DNA of 64,000 nt, taken from assembly GCA_001600695.1 (NCBI GenBank), contig BCKQ01000006.1:260315-324314 (forward strand), written 5' to 3'. Source of the stretch: Ascoidea asiatica JCM 7603 (taxonomy: Eukaryota > Fungi > Ascomycota). The notes beneath the pieces were generated by a model. That model ran no database searches. It had not been told where the DNA came from and was given only the letters and a program-made list of their open reading frames with translations. Shown here one piece after another: positions 22,630 through 34,191 of the stretch (position 1 is the first letter of the stretch; each line of letters begins with the position of its first letter). A program made the position numbers and the translations under genes.

Positions 22630-25600
22630 TCAAACTCGTTCAACAGAGAATACCCATTGCCCAGTAACTGGATCATAACTTTCAAATTTTGTACCTTCAA
22701 CATGATGTAATTTTTTAATATGATGTCTAACAATTTCATGTTTTGGATCTTTAATAATTTTTTTCTTTAAAACTGGATAACATTTTTCAATTGTAATTCT
22801 AGCTGGTACATTAAATCCTTCTCCAACTGGTGGTTGATCTTCTTCATTTGGATAAACAATACATGTTTTATCAATAAATAAAATTTCATTACCTGCAATT
22901 TTTGAAATATTTGGTATAATTGTTAAATCAATTGGTACTTTAAATTCAATTTTACCATATCCTTTACGTCCAACAGTAAAATTTTCAACTGCTCTTAATT
23001 TTAATAATGATAATTTATTTAAAACTTCTACACTTGGTGAAAACCAATATCCATCATCATCAACTATTAATTCATCTTCATCATCATTCTCATGATCATC
23101 TTGATAAACATCATCAACATTACTATTATCTTTATTGTCTTTATTATCTTTTGAATTTTTTTCAATAATAGAATTATCATTGTGAAAGCCACTGAAACTA
23201 TTATTACTAGAATTAATATTATCATTTAAATCTAATTTTTTAATGAAATTAGAATTATTTTTATCACTTTTATCATTTGAAGAATTATTATTTAAAATAC
23301 TATTATTAATATAACTTGTATTTGGAGTTGAAGTTATATCTTTAAGTTTATTAATTTTAGAATTTGGTGTACTTAAACCATTCGCATTTTCATTTTCATC
23401 ATCATTATTATTAATATTGTTATCAGTATTAGTAATTTCTTTTAATGGTTTAACTGAATTAATATTTGGAGAAGAAGTAATAATCATTGATTCTTCTGAT
23501 AAATCTGGAATTTTTTTATGATTTTTATCAATTAATAAAGTTTTTATATCATTTGAAGGTATAAAACTAGATAAAAGACTTCTATCAATTTCATTATTAA
23601 TTAAAACTGAATTATTTGAATTAGAAATAGAATTATTTAAATTTGATGAAGAAGAATTTTGAATTCCGGTAATTAATTTAACTTCAGTGCCATTAATTGA
23701 TAAAACTCTCGATTTTAAAGCTTTTGGAGAAACTAAAGGTCTAAAAGGTTTTAAATTATAGGCAGAAGTTATTGATAATGGTCTTCTTCTTAATTTTCTA
23801 TTATTATTATTTAATAAAGTTGCAATTGGAGAATTATCAGAATCAGATTGAGTTAATAAAGATAAAGCATTAGCAAATAAAGGATTTGCAGAATAAGGAT
23901 TTGAAGAAAGTAATGATTGTTGTTGCTGTTGTTGTAATTGTTGTTGTTGTTTTTGAATTAATTGATTATTATTATTATTATTATTTAAATTATTATTGAT
24001 ACTACTATTATTAGGATTGAATAAACTATTAGTATTATTATTGTTATTATTAAAAATACTATTAGAATTATTATTAAGAGTGTTATTATTATTATTACTA
24101 TTATTATTGTTATTGAATAAACTATTAGTGTTATTACTATTGATACTATTATTATTATTACTATTAAATAAACTATTAGTATTATTATTAGTATTAAGAG
24201 GATTTGAATTATTAATTGGTGCAAAAGAACCAATTGGTTTATTAGTATTAAATAAGTTACCGGTAGTATTAGTATTAGTATTATTGTTATTATTATTGCT
24301 AAACAAACCACCAGTACTTAAAGAATTATTATTATTATTATTATTAAAAGTATTATTAGAATTGAAAAGACCACCAGTACCTAAAGTGCTATTAGTATTA
24401 TTGGTACTAATATTATTGTTATTATTATTATTATTACCAAAAATACCCCCAGAGTTAGTATTATTGTTATTATTATTAATACCCGAAGATAAGAAACCTG
24501 ATGTGTTTGTATTTGTATTTGTATTTAAACCATTGTTATTATTATTATTATTATTGTTATTTAAACCAAAACCAAAAGTTGGTTTATTTGTATTAAAAAT
24601 AGAATTTGAGTTAGTATTTGTATTTGAATTTAAAGTATTTAAAGAATTTGAATTATTATTGTTGTTATTGTTAAGACCAAAACTGAATGGACTTGCAGCA
24701 GGTTTATTAGCAATATTATTATTATTATTATTGCCAAATATACTAGTAGTTGCAGGTTTATTACCACCAAATAAACCAGTTGAAGTAGTATTATTATTAG
24801 TGTTATTACCAAAAAGATTAGTAGTTGCAGGTTTAGAACCAAATAAGCCAGTTGAAGTGGTATTATTGTTGTTGTTATTATTACCGAATAAACCTGTTGA
24901 AGTAGTATTGTTGTTATTGTTGGTATTACCAAATAAACCTGTTGAAGTATTGTTATTATTGTTAGTATTATTACCAAAAATACTTGTTGAAGGAGTTGAA
25001 GAATTATTATTGAAACCAGAGAATGCATTTGTAGTATTATTATTATTTGAATTACCAAATAAACCAGTTGAAGTATTAGTATTATTATTACTACCAAAAA
25101 TATTTGTAGTTGCAGGTTTACTACCGAATAAACCAGTTGAACCAGTATTATTATTATTATTACCAAAAGAGAAAGCCGAATTACCTGTAGTAGTATTGTT
25201 ATTATTATTGTTGTTTAGACCAAACCCTCCAAAAGGACTAGAAGAAGCTGGTTTACTACCAAATAAACCAGTTGAAGTATTAGTATTATTATTACTACCA
25301 AAAATATTTGTAGTTGCAGGTTTACTACCGAATAAACCAGTTGAACCAGTATTATTATTATTATTACCAAAAGAGAAAGCCGAATTACCTGTAGTAGTAT
25401 TGTTATTATTATTGTTGTTTAGACCAAACCCTCCAAAAGGACTAGAAGAAGCTGGTTTACTACCAAATAAACCAGTTGAAGTATTAGTATTATTATTACT
25501 ACCAAAAATATTTGTAGTTGCAGGTTTACTACCGAATAAACCAGTTGAACCAGTATTATTATTATTATTACCAAAAGAGAAAGCCGAATTACCTGTAGTA

Positions 25601-26496
25601 GTATTGTTATTATTATTGTTGTTTAGACCAAACCCTCCAAAAGGACTAGAAGAAGCTGGTTTACTACCAAATAAACCAGTTGAACCACTATTATTATTAT
25701 TGTTATTGCTACCGAATATACCAGTTGAAGTGGTATTGTTATTTGCATTACCGAATAAACCTGTTGAAGCTGTGTTAGTAGTATTATTATTATTGTTAAG
25801 ACCAAATGGATTTGAATTTGAGTTATTATTATTAGAATTGAAACCAGTGAAAGCATTTGAAGTTGAATTACTATTCATTCCAAAAGGATTTGAGTTAGTA
25901 TTAGTAGTGGTATTACTATTATTATTTGAAAAAGAAAATGGAGATTGATTTAGAGACAGAGATTGAGGTTTATTTCCAAATAAACCTCCAGAAGTTAAAG
26001 AATTATTATTATTGTTATTATTATTATTAAAACCACCAAATGCACTTGTTGTTGAAGTATTTGAATTGAATAAATTATTTGAATTATTTGGATTTGAATT
26101 TGCATCTTTTCTACCTTGAGTATAATCTTGAAATCTTAATTCTTCAAAAGAATAATTTTTATATTGATTTAAAGCAGTAATACTTTGAAAAAGGGTTGTA
26201 TTACCTTGAGTATCTCTTTCAGAATATTCACTAAATGGTACAATTGAAGTACCTTGATTTGAAGTTGTTGTATTATTATTATTTGAAAGAGCAGAAAATG
26301 CATTAGATGATGAAGAAGTTAATGAGTTTGAAGGATTTGAAGAAAACAAATTATTTGATTTATTTAAATTTGAATTGAATATACCATTTGAATTATTTGA
26401 TGATTGATTATTATTATTACCAAAGATTGAATTATTATTATTTGAAGATTGATTTGAACCAAAACCTCCAAAGGTTGTTGAATTGGATCCAAACAT
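22630..26496 (-). CDS. NUP116: GLFG nucleoporin, NUP116/NUP100 type
   Basis: First ATG at 26496 (MFGSNS). GLEBS motif (FQSITAL...YSFEELRFQDY), many GLFG repeats and a C-terminal Nup98-type domain. It ends WVFSVERV* with no HF/S cleavage site and no Nup96 part. Confidence 0.9.
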   Translation of the reverse strand: MFGSNSTTFGGFGSNQSSNNNNSIFGNNNNQSSNNSNGIFNSNLNKSNNLFSSNPSNSLTSSSSNAFSALSNNNNTTTSNQGTSIVPFSEYSERDTQGNTTLFQSITALNQYKNYSFEELRFQDYTQGRKDANSNPNNSNNLFNSNTSTTSAFGGFNNNNNNNNNSLTSGGLFGNKPQSLSLNQSPFSFSNNNSNTTTNTNSNPFGMNSNSTSNAFTGFNSNNNNSNSNPFGLNNNNNTTNTASTGLFGNANNNTTSTGIFGSNNNNNNSGSTGLFGSKPASSSPFGGFGLNNNNNNNTTTGNSAFSFGNNNNNTGSTGLFGSKPATTNIFGSNNNTNTSTGLFGSKPASSSPFGGFGLNNNNNNNTTTGNSAFSFGNNNNNTGSTGLFGSKPATTNIFGSNNNTNTSTGLFGSKPASSSPFGGFGLNNNNNNNTTTGNSAFSFGNNNNNTGSTGLFGSKPATTNIFGSNNNTNTSTGLFGNSNNNNTTNAFSGFNNNSSTPSTSIFGNNTNNNNNTSTGLFGNTNNNNNTTSTGLFGNNNNNNNTTSTGLFGSKPATTNLFGNNTNNNTTSTGLFGGNKPATTSIFGNNNNNNIANKPAASPFSFGLNNNNNNNSNSLNTLNSNTNTNSNSIFNTNKPTFGFGLNNNNNNNNNNGLNTNTNTNTSGFLSSGINNNNNNTNSGGIFGNNNNNNNNISTNNTNSTLGTGGLFNSNNTFNNNNNNNSLSTGGLFSNNNNNNTNTNTTGNLFNTNKPIGSFAPINNSNPLNTNNNTNSLFNSNNNNSINSNNTNSLFNNNNNSNNNNNTLNNNSNSIFNNNNNNTNSLFNPNNSSINNNLNNNNNNNQLIQKQQQQLQQQQQQSLLSSNPYSANPLFANALSLLTQSDSDNSPIATLLNNNNRKLRRRPLSITSAYNLKPFRPLVSPKALKSRVLSINGTEVKLITGIQNSSSSNLNNSISNSNNSVLINNEIDRSLLSSFIPSNDIKTLLIDKNHKKIPDLSEESMIITSSPNINSVKPLKEITNTDNNINNNDDENENANGLSTPNSKINKLKDITSTPNTSYINNSILNNNSSNDKSDKNNSNFIKKLDLNDNINSSNNSFSGFHNDNSIIEKNSKDNKDNKDNSNVDDVYQDDHENDDEDELIVDDDGYWFSPSVEVLNKLSLLKLRAVENFTVGRKGYGKIEFKVPIDLTIIPNISKIAGNEILFIDKTCIVYPNEEDQPPVGEGFNVPARITIEKCYPVLKKKIIKDPKHEIVRHHIKKLHHVEGTKFESYDPVTGQWVFSVERV
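25053..25684. repeat. 204-bp intragenic tandem repeat, about 3.1 copies
   Basis: Units start at 25053, 25257 and 25461, with a partial unit at 25665. They look identical and each encodes a 68-aa GLFG block. Confidence 0.95.
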
Positions 26497-27801
26497 TGTG
26501 ATATAGGGAGGATTAAAATACAATGATTGTTTATTAGTTTATTGATTGATCTATTGATTGGTTAATATAATATAATGTAATGTAATATAATATAATATGA
26601 TAAATATGATATAATGAGATATAATAGTGGAGTATTTTGTACAGTAATCAGAAGGATAATTACCATAATAAATAGTAGAAAAAGGTGCAATGACCGATAT
26701 AAATAGTAATGGTAAAAGCAAGTTAACTATGTGAAAAATCTTTTATCTGCCTGGTTTTTAGACACAGAGAAGGAAAAACACGTGCCGAAAGGACTCCAGA
26801 AAAGGGGCGCAAAAGCAAATAAACAAAAAGACACACCAATTTGGTCTCGTATGAGTCACATGGCACGTGCACTGATAAAGGCGTGCTGCTGCATAAAAGA
26901 AGTTCCACCTATATGGTCTTGCACAAATCACATGCTTAATACATGTACTTACATTATTCTACATTCAAGCACTACCTTATATTTGGTCACCAGAACACAC
27001 ATGATAAGTTTATATCACCTGACTTTTGTGTGTCCCGTGACTGGCTTTTTCCTTGTTCTGCTTCTCCTTTTCCTGTTGCTCATTTGCGAGTGTTTCATTA
27101 GTCGTCGCTGTCGTCCTCGTCTTGTTCTTCTTTGCAGTTCTTGAAGCAGGCGCTCTTTTTGCCTTTCTTCTTTTCTGAGGGTGCTCACTCCACTGCAGTA
27201 CTACAACACCACCACAACTAACTGCTTTTACTACTGCTACCCTTATTTTCTATTTTATTCCTCTATTTCTGTTCTTATTTGGTAATAAATCACCTTGATT
27301 ATTAAAGAAATATTATTATAAAAATCAATAATTAAGAGATAATATAAATATATCTTAATAAAATACAATTATAATACAAATATATCATATAATATCATAT
27401 AATTTCATATAATATCTTATCAATATCCATCTTTGTCATTATAATATGATATATTATGTTATATTTTCTATAATGCTCCTCAATTTATCATCTATATATT
27501 CTAATAACTAAACATCATAATATAATATCATATAATATCATATATTACAAAATATAATACAATATATAATCCAAATCATCAAATAATTGTAATATTATCC
27601 TTTTTTTTATATATTCCTTTAACTATTACTCTTTCTAATCTCTGATCTCTTTAATTTTTAATCTTTAATCGTAATCTTAATCTTTTTCTATTCATATTCT
27701 CCATCTTAATACTCATTAATATTCAATTTTATAAAATTTTTAATATCATATATAATAACAAATCAAATCAATCAGACAAATAAAATATCAAATAAACTAA
27801 A

Positions 27802-30800
27802 ATGTCTGCAAATTTTTGGAATTTAGCTCCAGTTTTTCAAAATTATACTTCAATTTCAATTTTATTACAAAATTTAAATTTTAATGATTTAAATAATTTA
27901 GATTTAAAATTTAATAAAAATAATGATAATAATAATAATAATCAAAATGATTATAATTTTAATATAGATTTTAAAATTTTAAAAAATATAAATATTCAAA
28001 TTTTATTCAAAATCCTAGATCAAAATGATTTATTACATGATTTAACTCATAATTCAAATTTAAATTCAAATTTAATTAATTTCTTTAATTCAAAATTCAT
28101 ATTAAATATCTTAATTAATTATATTATTTATGATTATAATGATTATCAATATCAATTTCAACAATTCACTACCTCTAATTCTAATTATAATTCTAATTCT
28201 AATTCAAATGATAATAAAGATAATAAAGACGAGAAAGACGTCCAAGATGACGACGACGATAAACAAGATGACAATTTAGACAAAGAAGATAAAGATGAAT
28301 ATTACTCTTACGACACTTCAATATCAAATTATAATAATGAATCAAATATCGAAATTTATAACAGAAGATCTTCAATATCTTTAGAAATTTTATCTTCAAA
28401 TATTAATTCAATAACAAAAATTTTATTAAATTCAAATTTCTTATTATATAAAATTTTTTCAATTTTAAATTTAAATGAAAAAAAAAAAAATATTTCAATA
28501 ATTAAATCAAATAATTTTATGAAATTAAATGAAAATTTCTTAAAAAATTATTTAATTAATAATTTTTTTTATATTAAATTCATTTCAAAAAATTTCATTT
28601 ATAATAATTTATTAAATAAATTTTTAAATCAAATTACAAATCCTCCATTAATGGATTTTCTTTTAAAATTAATTTCTTCAGATAGTTTATTTAATGATAT
28701 TCAAAATAATAATTCAAATAGTAATTCAATTAATAATATTATTCAAGATCAAGATCAAGATAATAATACTTCTGAGAAAGATAACGAAAATGAAAATAGT
28801 AGTAATAATAATAATAATAATAAAGAAAATTATATGGATTTAAATATTATTAATATTTTATATAATCAAAATTTAATACCAAAATTAATTAATTTCTTAA
28901 AACCAAAATTTAATCCATTAATTCAATCTTCTTCTTCAGATTTTTTAAAAGCTTTAATTACAATTTCTGCAAATTCAAATAATGGTGATTCTTCAATTAT
29001 TGGTCCAAATAAATTATCAAGACAATTAGTTAGTAAAAAAATTATTTCAAATTTAATTAAAATTATGTTATTTGGTAATTATTCTTTATCAAATTCTGTT
29101 AGTATAATTATAGAAATTATTAGAAAAAATAATTCGGATTATGATATAATTCCAATGAATTTTTTAAATTTAAATAATCATCCTCCAAATTCAAATGATC
29201 CAATTTATTTAGGTTATTTAATTAAAATTTTTTCAAAAAATATTTTAAATTTTAATAAAATTTTATTAAATAATAAAACCACTTCAAATATTAAAAAAAT
29301 TAATTTTAAATATAATGATGATGAATTTGAACCTTTAGGTTTTGAAAAATTTAGAATTTGTGAATTAATTGCAGAATTATTACATTGTTCAAATATGGCT
29401 TTATTAAATAATCCTGATGGTGAATCAATTGCAAAAGAAAGAGATTATCATAGAATTAGATTATTAAAAATTAATGAATCTGAAAATTATAATTTTAATT
29501 ATAATCAATATATTCCAAAAACAACTAAAATCACTAAAAAAAATAAAACTAAAATCAAAAATGAAGAAAATTTTGATAATTTAAAAACTGAAATTGAAAG
29601 TTTAAAAAATTTAAATTTAAATAATTCAAATGATGAAAATGAAACTAATAATTTCAAAAATAACAAAAATGATAATAATGACAATGATAATGATAATGAT
29701 AGCAATGATGATTCTGAAATCATTGATCCTGATGCAATTATTAATAATGAGTTATTTCCTGAAAATTTTGATATTGAAAATGATTTCAAAGAAGAAATTA
29801 TCTTAAATCCAGAATTAGGTTTAGAATTTGATGATGATATTGATACTCCATATTTATCACCAATTAAACCTGATAAATTTTATGATAATGGTGAAAACGT
29901 TTTTAGAGAAAGTCCAATTATTGGTGATCAATTAAAAATTGCTTTACATGATACAAAAATTATAAAAAATATTATAAACTTATTTTTTAAATATCCTTGG
30001 AATAATTTTTTACATAATGTAATTTTTGATATTATACAACAAATTTTGAATGGTTCAATTGAAATTGGTTTTAATAGATATTTAATTTTAAATTTATTTT
30101 TAGATTATAAATTAATTAAATTTATTTTAAAAGCTGAAAATGATTCAAATCAATTTTATATCAAAAATAATATCAGATTAGGTTATATGGGTCATTTAAC
30201 TTTAATTTCTGAAGAAGTTGTGAAATTTTTACAATTAATTGATAAACAAGGTAAATCTCAACTTTTAAATGAAAAAATTATAATTGATGATAATAATCAA
30301 CAAATTCAAGATATAAATAGAGATCAATATTCTCAATTAGATATTTCTATTAAATTATTATATTCATGTTTAATTGAATCTGTAATTGATGATCCTGATT
30401 GGATTGAATATATTGAAGGTCCTTTAAAAGATACTAGAAATAAATATAATTCAAGATTAGGTGGTAGTGATCAAGAAGATGAAGGTGATAATGTTTATAA
30501 TGATAATGATAATTATAGTATTAATGATAATGATAATGATAATGATAGTTACAATAATATTAATAATAATGCCGATGATACTAATACTAATAATATTATC
30601 AATAACAATGATAATGAAAATGAAGTTGGTGATGATTATGATGTAAATAATAATGCGAATAATACAAATGATTTTAATAATGAATCAAAAAAAAACTTAA
30701 ATGATAATACCACTTTAGAAAATAATAATATCAGTAATAATAATAATAACGATAATAATAATAGTAATAGTGCAGAAACAAGTTATTCTTATGATATAAA

Positions 30801-31830
30801 TTCAAAAGATAATTATATTCTTGAAGAAGAAGAAGATTACAATTCTCATAATCAAAATGGAGTCCATGAAGATGATGATAATTATGAAGTACATCAGAAT
30901 AGATTTTTAGGTAATAATAAAGTTAAAATTAAAACTCTTGATGTTGATGACAATGATGATTATAAAAATAATAATAATAATGATAGTGATGAAGAAGAAG
31001 ATGAAGATCGATATAAATATGTGAATGATTATCAACAAATGAATTCAGAACCTGTATTATCATTAAATGATTTATTGCATGGAAATTCTATTAGTAATGA
31101 TGACGATAAATCAGCTAATAATGATAATAAAAAAAATAAAAATAAAAATAAAAATAAAAGTAAAAATAAAAATAAAAAAAATAAAAAAGAATCTGGACAA
31201 AGTTATGGATTTTTAAGTAATTATAATTCACCATCTTCATCATCTTCATCATCAGAGGAAGAAGAACTTGATTATTGGAAAAGTAATGACCATAATAATT
31301 CTTTACAGCATTCATCAGATATTGGATTAATTAATGAATTTAATGATGATTATGAAGATCCAAATGATGATGGACAAAATTATTCTAAAAAAACATTATA
31401 TTCATCAATTTTACAACCTTTTGGGACAGGGACTATGGATAAAAAACAGAAATTAAATTCCACTGGGTTAACATCATGTTTATTACCTCAAGTTAATATA
31501 GATAAAAAAATGAATTTCAAATCAAAGGATAATAATAGTAAAAATAATAAAAATGATGATAAGAGTAATAATAATGAAAGTAAAGATAAAGAAGATGAAG
31601 AAAATAAATCAAAAAAAAATAGGTTTGACCTTAATCAAGTTGATGATGAAGATGATGATTTAGATTTAGAAGATCAAATTGATGATGCTGATGATGTGGA
31701 TGATGATGATGATTATGATGAAGAAGATAGTTATAAATTAACAAGGAGTAAAAGTAAAGGAGATATGAATTGGGATGAAGATGAGCAATCAAGGTTAATG
31801 AACATTGGAAGCTATATATATAAAAAATAA
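27802..31830 (+). CDS. SIT4 phosphatase-associated protein (SAP185/SAP190 family)
   Basis: PPLMDFLLKLIS, IGPNKLSRQLVS, IIEIIRKNNSDYD, EPLGFEKFRICELIAELLHCSNM, YPWNNFLHN, RLGYMGHLTLISEE. Confidence 0.92.
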   Translation: MSANFWNLAPVFQNYTSISILLQNLNFNDLNNLDLKFNKNNDNNNNNQNDYNFNIDFKILKNINIQILFKILDQNDLLHDLTHNSNLNSNLINFFNSKFILNILINYIIYDYNDYQYQFQQFTTSNSNYNSNSNSNDNKDNKDEKDVQDDDDDKQDDNLDKEDKDEYYSYDTSISNYNNESNIEIYNRRSSISLEILSSNINSITKILLNSNFLLYKIFSILNLNEKKKNISIIKSNNFMKLNENFLKNYLINNFFYIKFISKNFIYNNLLNKFLNQITNPPLMDFLLKLISSDSLFNDIQNNNSNSNSINNIIQDQDQDNNTSEKDNENENSSNNNNNNKENYMDLNIINILYNQNLIPKLINFLKPKFNPLIQSSSSDFLKALITISANSNNGDSSIIGPNKLSRQLVSKKIISNLIKIMLFGNYSLSNSVSIIIEIIRKNNSDYDIIPMNFLNLNNHPPNSNDPIYLGYLIKIFSKNILNFNKILLNNKTTSNIKKINFKYNDDEFEPLGFEKFRICELIAELLHCSNMALLNNPDGESIAKERDYHRIRLLKINESENYNFNYNQYIPKTTKITKKNKTKIKNEENFDNLKTEIESLKNLNLNNSNDENETNNFKNNKNDNNDNDNDNDSNDDSEIIDPDAIINNELFPENFDIENDFKEEIILNPELGLEFDDDIDTPYLSPIKPDKFYDNGENVFRESPIIGDQLKIALHDTKIIKNIINLFFKYPWNNFLHNVIFDIIQQILNGSIEIGFNRYLILNLFLDYKLIKFILKAENDSNQFYIKNNIRLGYMGHLTLISEEVVKFLQLIDKQGKSQLLNEKIIIDDNNQQIQDINRDQYSQLDISIKLLYSCLIESVIDDPDWIEYIEGPLKDTRNKYNSRLGGSDQEDEGDNVYNDNDNYSINDNDNDNDSYNNINNNADDTNTNNIINNNDNENEVGDDYDVNNNANNTNDFNNESKKNLNDNTTLENNNISNNNNNDNNNSNSAETSYSYDINSKDNYILEEEEDYNSHNQNGVHEDDDNYEVHQNRFLGNNKVKIKTLDVDDNDDYKNNNNNDSDEEEDEDRYKYVNDYQQMNSEPVLSLNDLLHGNSISNDDDKSANNDNKKNKNKNKNKSKNKNKKNKKESGQSYGFLSNYNSPSSSSSSSEEEELDYWKSNDHNNSLQHSSDIGLINEFNDDYEDPNDDGQNYSKKTLYSSILQPFGTGTMDKKQKLNSTGLTSCLLPQVNIDKKMNFKSKDNNSKNNKNDDKSNNNESKDKEDEENKSKKNRFDLNQVDDEDDDLDLEDQIDDADDVDDDDDYDEEDSYKLTRSKSKGDMNWDEDEQSRLMNIGSYIYKK

Positions 31831-31870
31831 AATAAAATAAAATAAAATAAAATAAAATAAAATAAAATAA
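31826..31870. repeat. (AATAA)9 microsatellite overlapping the SAP stop codon
   Basis: Nine perfect pentamers. Confidence 0.9.
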
Positions 31871-32514
31871 CTTATAAAATTACTAAATGATGATAATATA
31901 AATAAAAATTAAATGATTTTTTTGCTTTTTTTTTTCTTTATTTTTAGATTTTTTGAATTCTTTTTTTGGTTTAAAATTTTTCTTTTTTTCTAATTTTTGA
32001 CCTTATTTTTATTAAAAAATTTCTCTTTTCTCATTTCTCATTTTAAATTATTCATTTTACATATATTACTTAATTTTTTTTACATTCTTTTTACGTTCTT
32101 TTTACGTTCTTTTTATTATATTCTTTTATTAAAATTATAATTATAACTATAATTAATTTTTTTTATTCTTATTTACAATTCTTTTAATTTTTAGAATGTC
32201 TTAATTTTAAACACTTTTATATTAATAATGTTATATTAATAATTTTATATTAATAATAATGATAATTTATTTCAAATTATTCATGAATTTATGATCTTAA
32301 TGAAGAAGAAGAAGATATATGTATATAAGTATATATGTATATAAAAAGTAAGAATTTATCTTTATCTTTGTCTTTCTTCAAGTAAATATTTACAACTAAA
32401 TATAACTATAACTATAACTATAAATATAACTATAAATATAAAGATATAAAGATATAAAGATATATAAATATGCATATAAGTATATAAACTAATTTACACT
32501 AAATATAATTAATG

Positions 32515-32650
32515 TCTCAATTCAGTTTCAAATCTATTCCAAAATCTATTGGAATATCTAACCATTTGAATAACAATAAGTTTATTGTAATTGTGAATCA
32601 AGTTTTGATTCTAGTTCCAATGTAGTCTTAGACCAAGACTATTTCCAATA
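32515..32650. ncRNA. Candidate structured RNA element (four contiguous hairpins)
   Basis: Perfect inverted repeats TTCAAAT/ATTTGAA enclosing TATTCCAA/TTGGAATA, then ACAATA/TATTGT, GAATCAA/TTGATTC and TAGTCTT/AAGACTA. Strand and class are unknown. Confidence 0.4.
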
Positions 32651-32732
32651 TAGTTTAATTATAATATATTTATATATAGTATAATAGATATGATATATTG
32701 TATAAATATGTGTGGAGTGAAGTGGGATATAA

Positions 32733-33743
32733 TTAAATTAGATCAGATAAATTATCATCTTCATAAATTTGATTAATTGAATGATTTGATAAGAATAAAT
32801 TAATTAAATTTTCTTCAAAAGGTCTAATATTTGAGTTAGGTAAATTATTCAAATTAATTTGAGGTAAATTATTATTATTTAATAAATTTTTAATAATATT
32901 ATTTAAATTATTATTATTAATTAAATTTAAGATATTATTAAATTGTTGATCATCATTATGGGAAGTAGTTTCAAGATTATTATCAAGATTATTATCAAAA
33001 TTATTATCGAGATTTGTATCAATATCAGAAATATCAGAAATATCAGTATCAGAAATATTATCATTATTATTATCAAATTTTGAATATGAATTGATTGAAT
33101 TTTCAGATATTGGTAAAGAAGTTGTTGAAGATGAACTCATATTATTATTATTATTATTATTATTACTTATAGAAGAGTTAAGTTTAGTTGAATTTGAGAC
33201 TATTGAAGAAAATGGAGTATTTGCTGAAGAGTTATAAGATGAATTAGAAGATGAACTTGAAGAAAGATTTATATTATTGTTATTTTGTATCTGATTAAGA
33301 TTTAAAACTTGATTTTGAGTATTATTTTGAATATTATTTTGAATATGATTTGTTGATGAATGATTTTGAATATTTGAAAAATGTGAATGATTTGTGAAAG
33401 TATTTATATTTGAAATGATATTATGATTACTTAAATTTGGAATAAAATCATTATCATAATCGTTATCATAATCAAACTCATCATCATCATCATCATCATA
33501 ATCATTTTCAGAGTGTGATTCAAAATCAGATCCAGATTTTAGTTTAGACTGGACATCATACTGTATTAAGTTATTTTGATTTGATTGATTTGATTGAGAA
33601 GTTTGATTATTAACATTTTGAATATTAGTAGTATATTGATTATTATCAGACTGATTTCTCAGATCAGATAGTTTCTGATTATTTTTTGTGATATTATTAG
33701 AATTTGAATTTGAATTTGAATTTGAATTTGAATTGATTGACAT
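32733..33743 (-). CDS. Hypothetical low-complexity N/S/D/Q-rich protein
   Basis: 336-codon ORF with AAAATG start context; appears almost entirely disordered. Confidence 0.65.
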   Translation of the reverse strand: MSINSNSNSNSNSNSNNITKNNQKLSDLRNQSDNNQYTTNIQNVNNQTSQSNQSNQNNLIQYDVQSKLKSGSDFESHSENDYDDDDDDEFDYDNDYDNDFIPNLSNHNIISNINTFTNHSHFSNIQNHSSTNHIQNNIQNNTQNQVLNLNQIQNNNNINLSSSSSSNSSYNSSANTPFSSIVSNSTKLNSSISNNNNNNNNMSSSSTTSLPISENSINSYSKFDNNNDNISDTDISDISDIDTNLDNNFDNNLDNNLETTSHNDDQQFNNILNLINNNNLNNIIKNLLNNNNLPQINLNNLPNSNIRPFEENLINLFLSNHSINQIYEDDNLSDLI

Positions 33744-34191
33744 TTTTGATTGAATTTAGATAAAACTAAGAACATAAATAAATAAAGAATATTTTATCTT
33801 TATCTTTAGTCAATATAAAATGACAAAAAGTAAATGTAAATCAGTTGATTTCTGATGAAAGTAATTAAGAAATAGTAAGTGAGAGTAAGTAAGTGGTGGT
33901 GATTGGTATTGGTGGTGTATTTCTGGAAACGAGACGAGGATGTTTGTTTCTGACGAATAAAGGTATAATAAATTTAAAGTGAGATAAACAGTGAATAAAC
34001 TGTGAATATACTGAAAACAGTGAAGTGAGTTAGTAATTGTGATAGAGAATAGTAAAAGAGAGAGGTGAAAGGTGAGAAGGAGAAAGAGAAGGAGAGAGAG
34101 AAGCACACCCACAGCCCTGGCGACAGCATAGCCTCGGAAAATATCCTAAATATTACCGGATTCAAACTAGTATCACATGCTAAGGTCGAAA

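Noticed and set aside
23996-25948. 650-aa Leu/Val-rich plus-strand ORF
   Set aside because: It is the antisense shadow of the nucleoporin AAT/ACT/GGT codon repeats, has a non-ATG start and shows no independent features.
32509-32565. Mini-ORF MVRYSNRFWNRFETELRH as a second exon or read-through of the 336-aa gene
   Set aside because: It is out of frame with that gene, no donor or branch point is visible, and the inverted repeats explain the sequence better.
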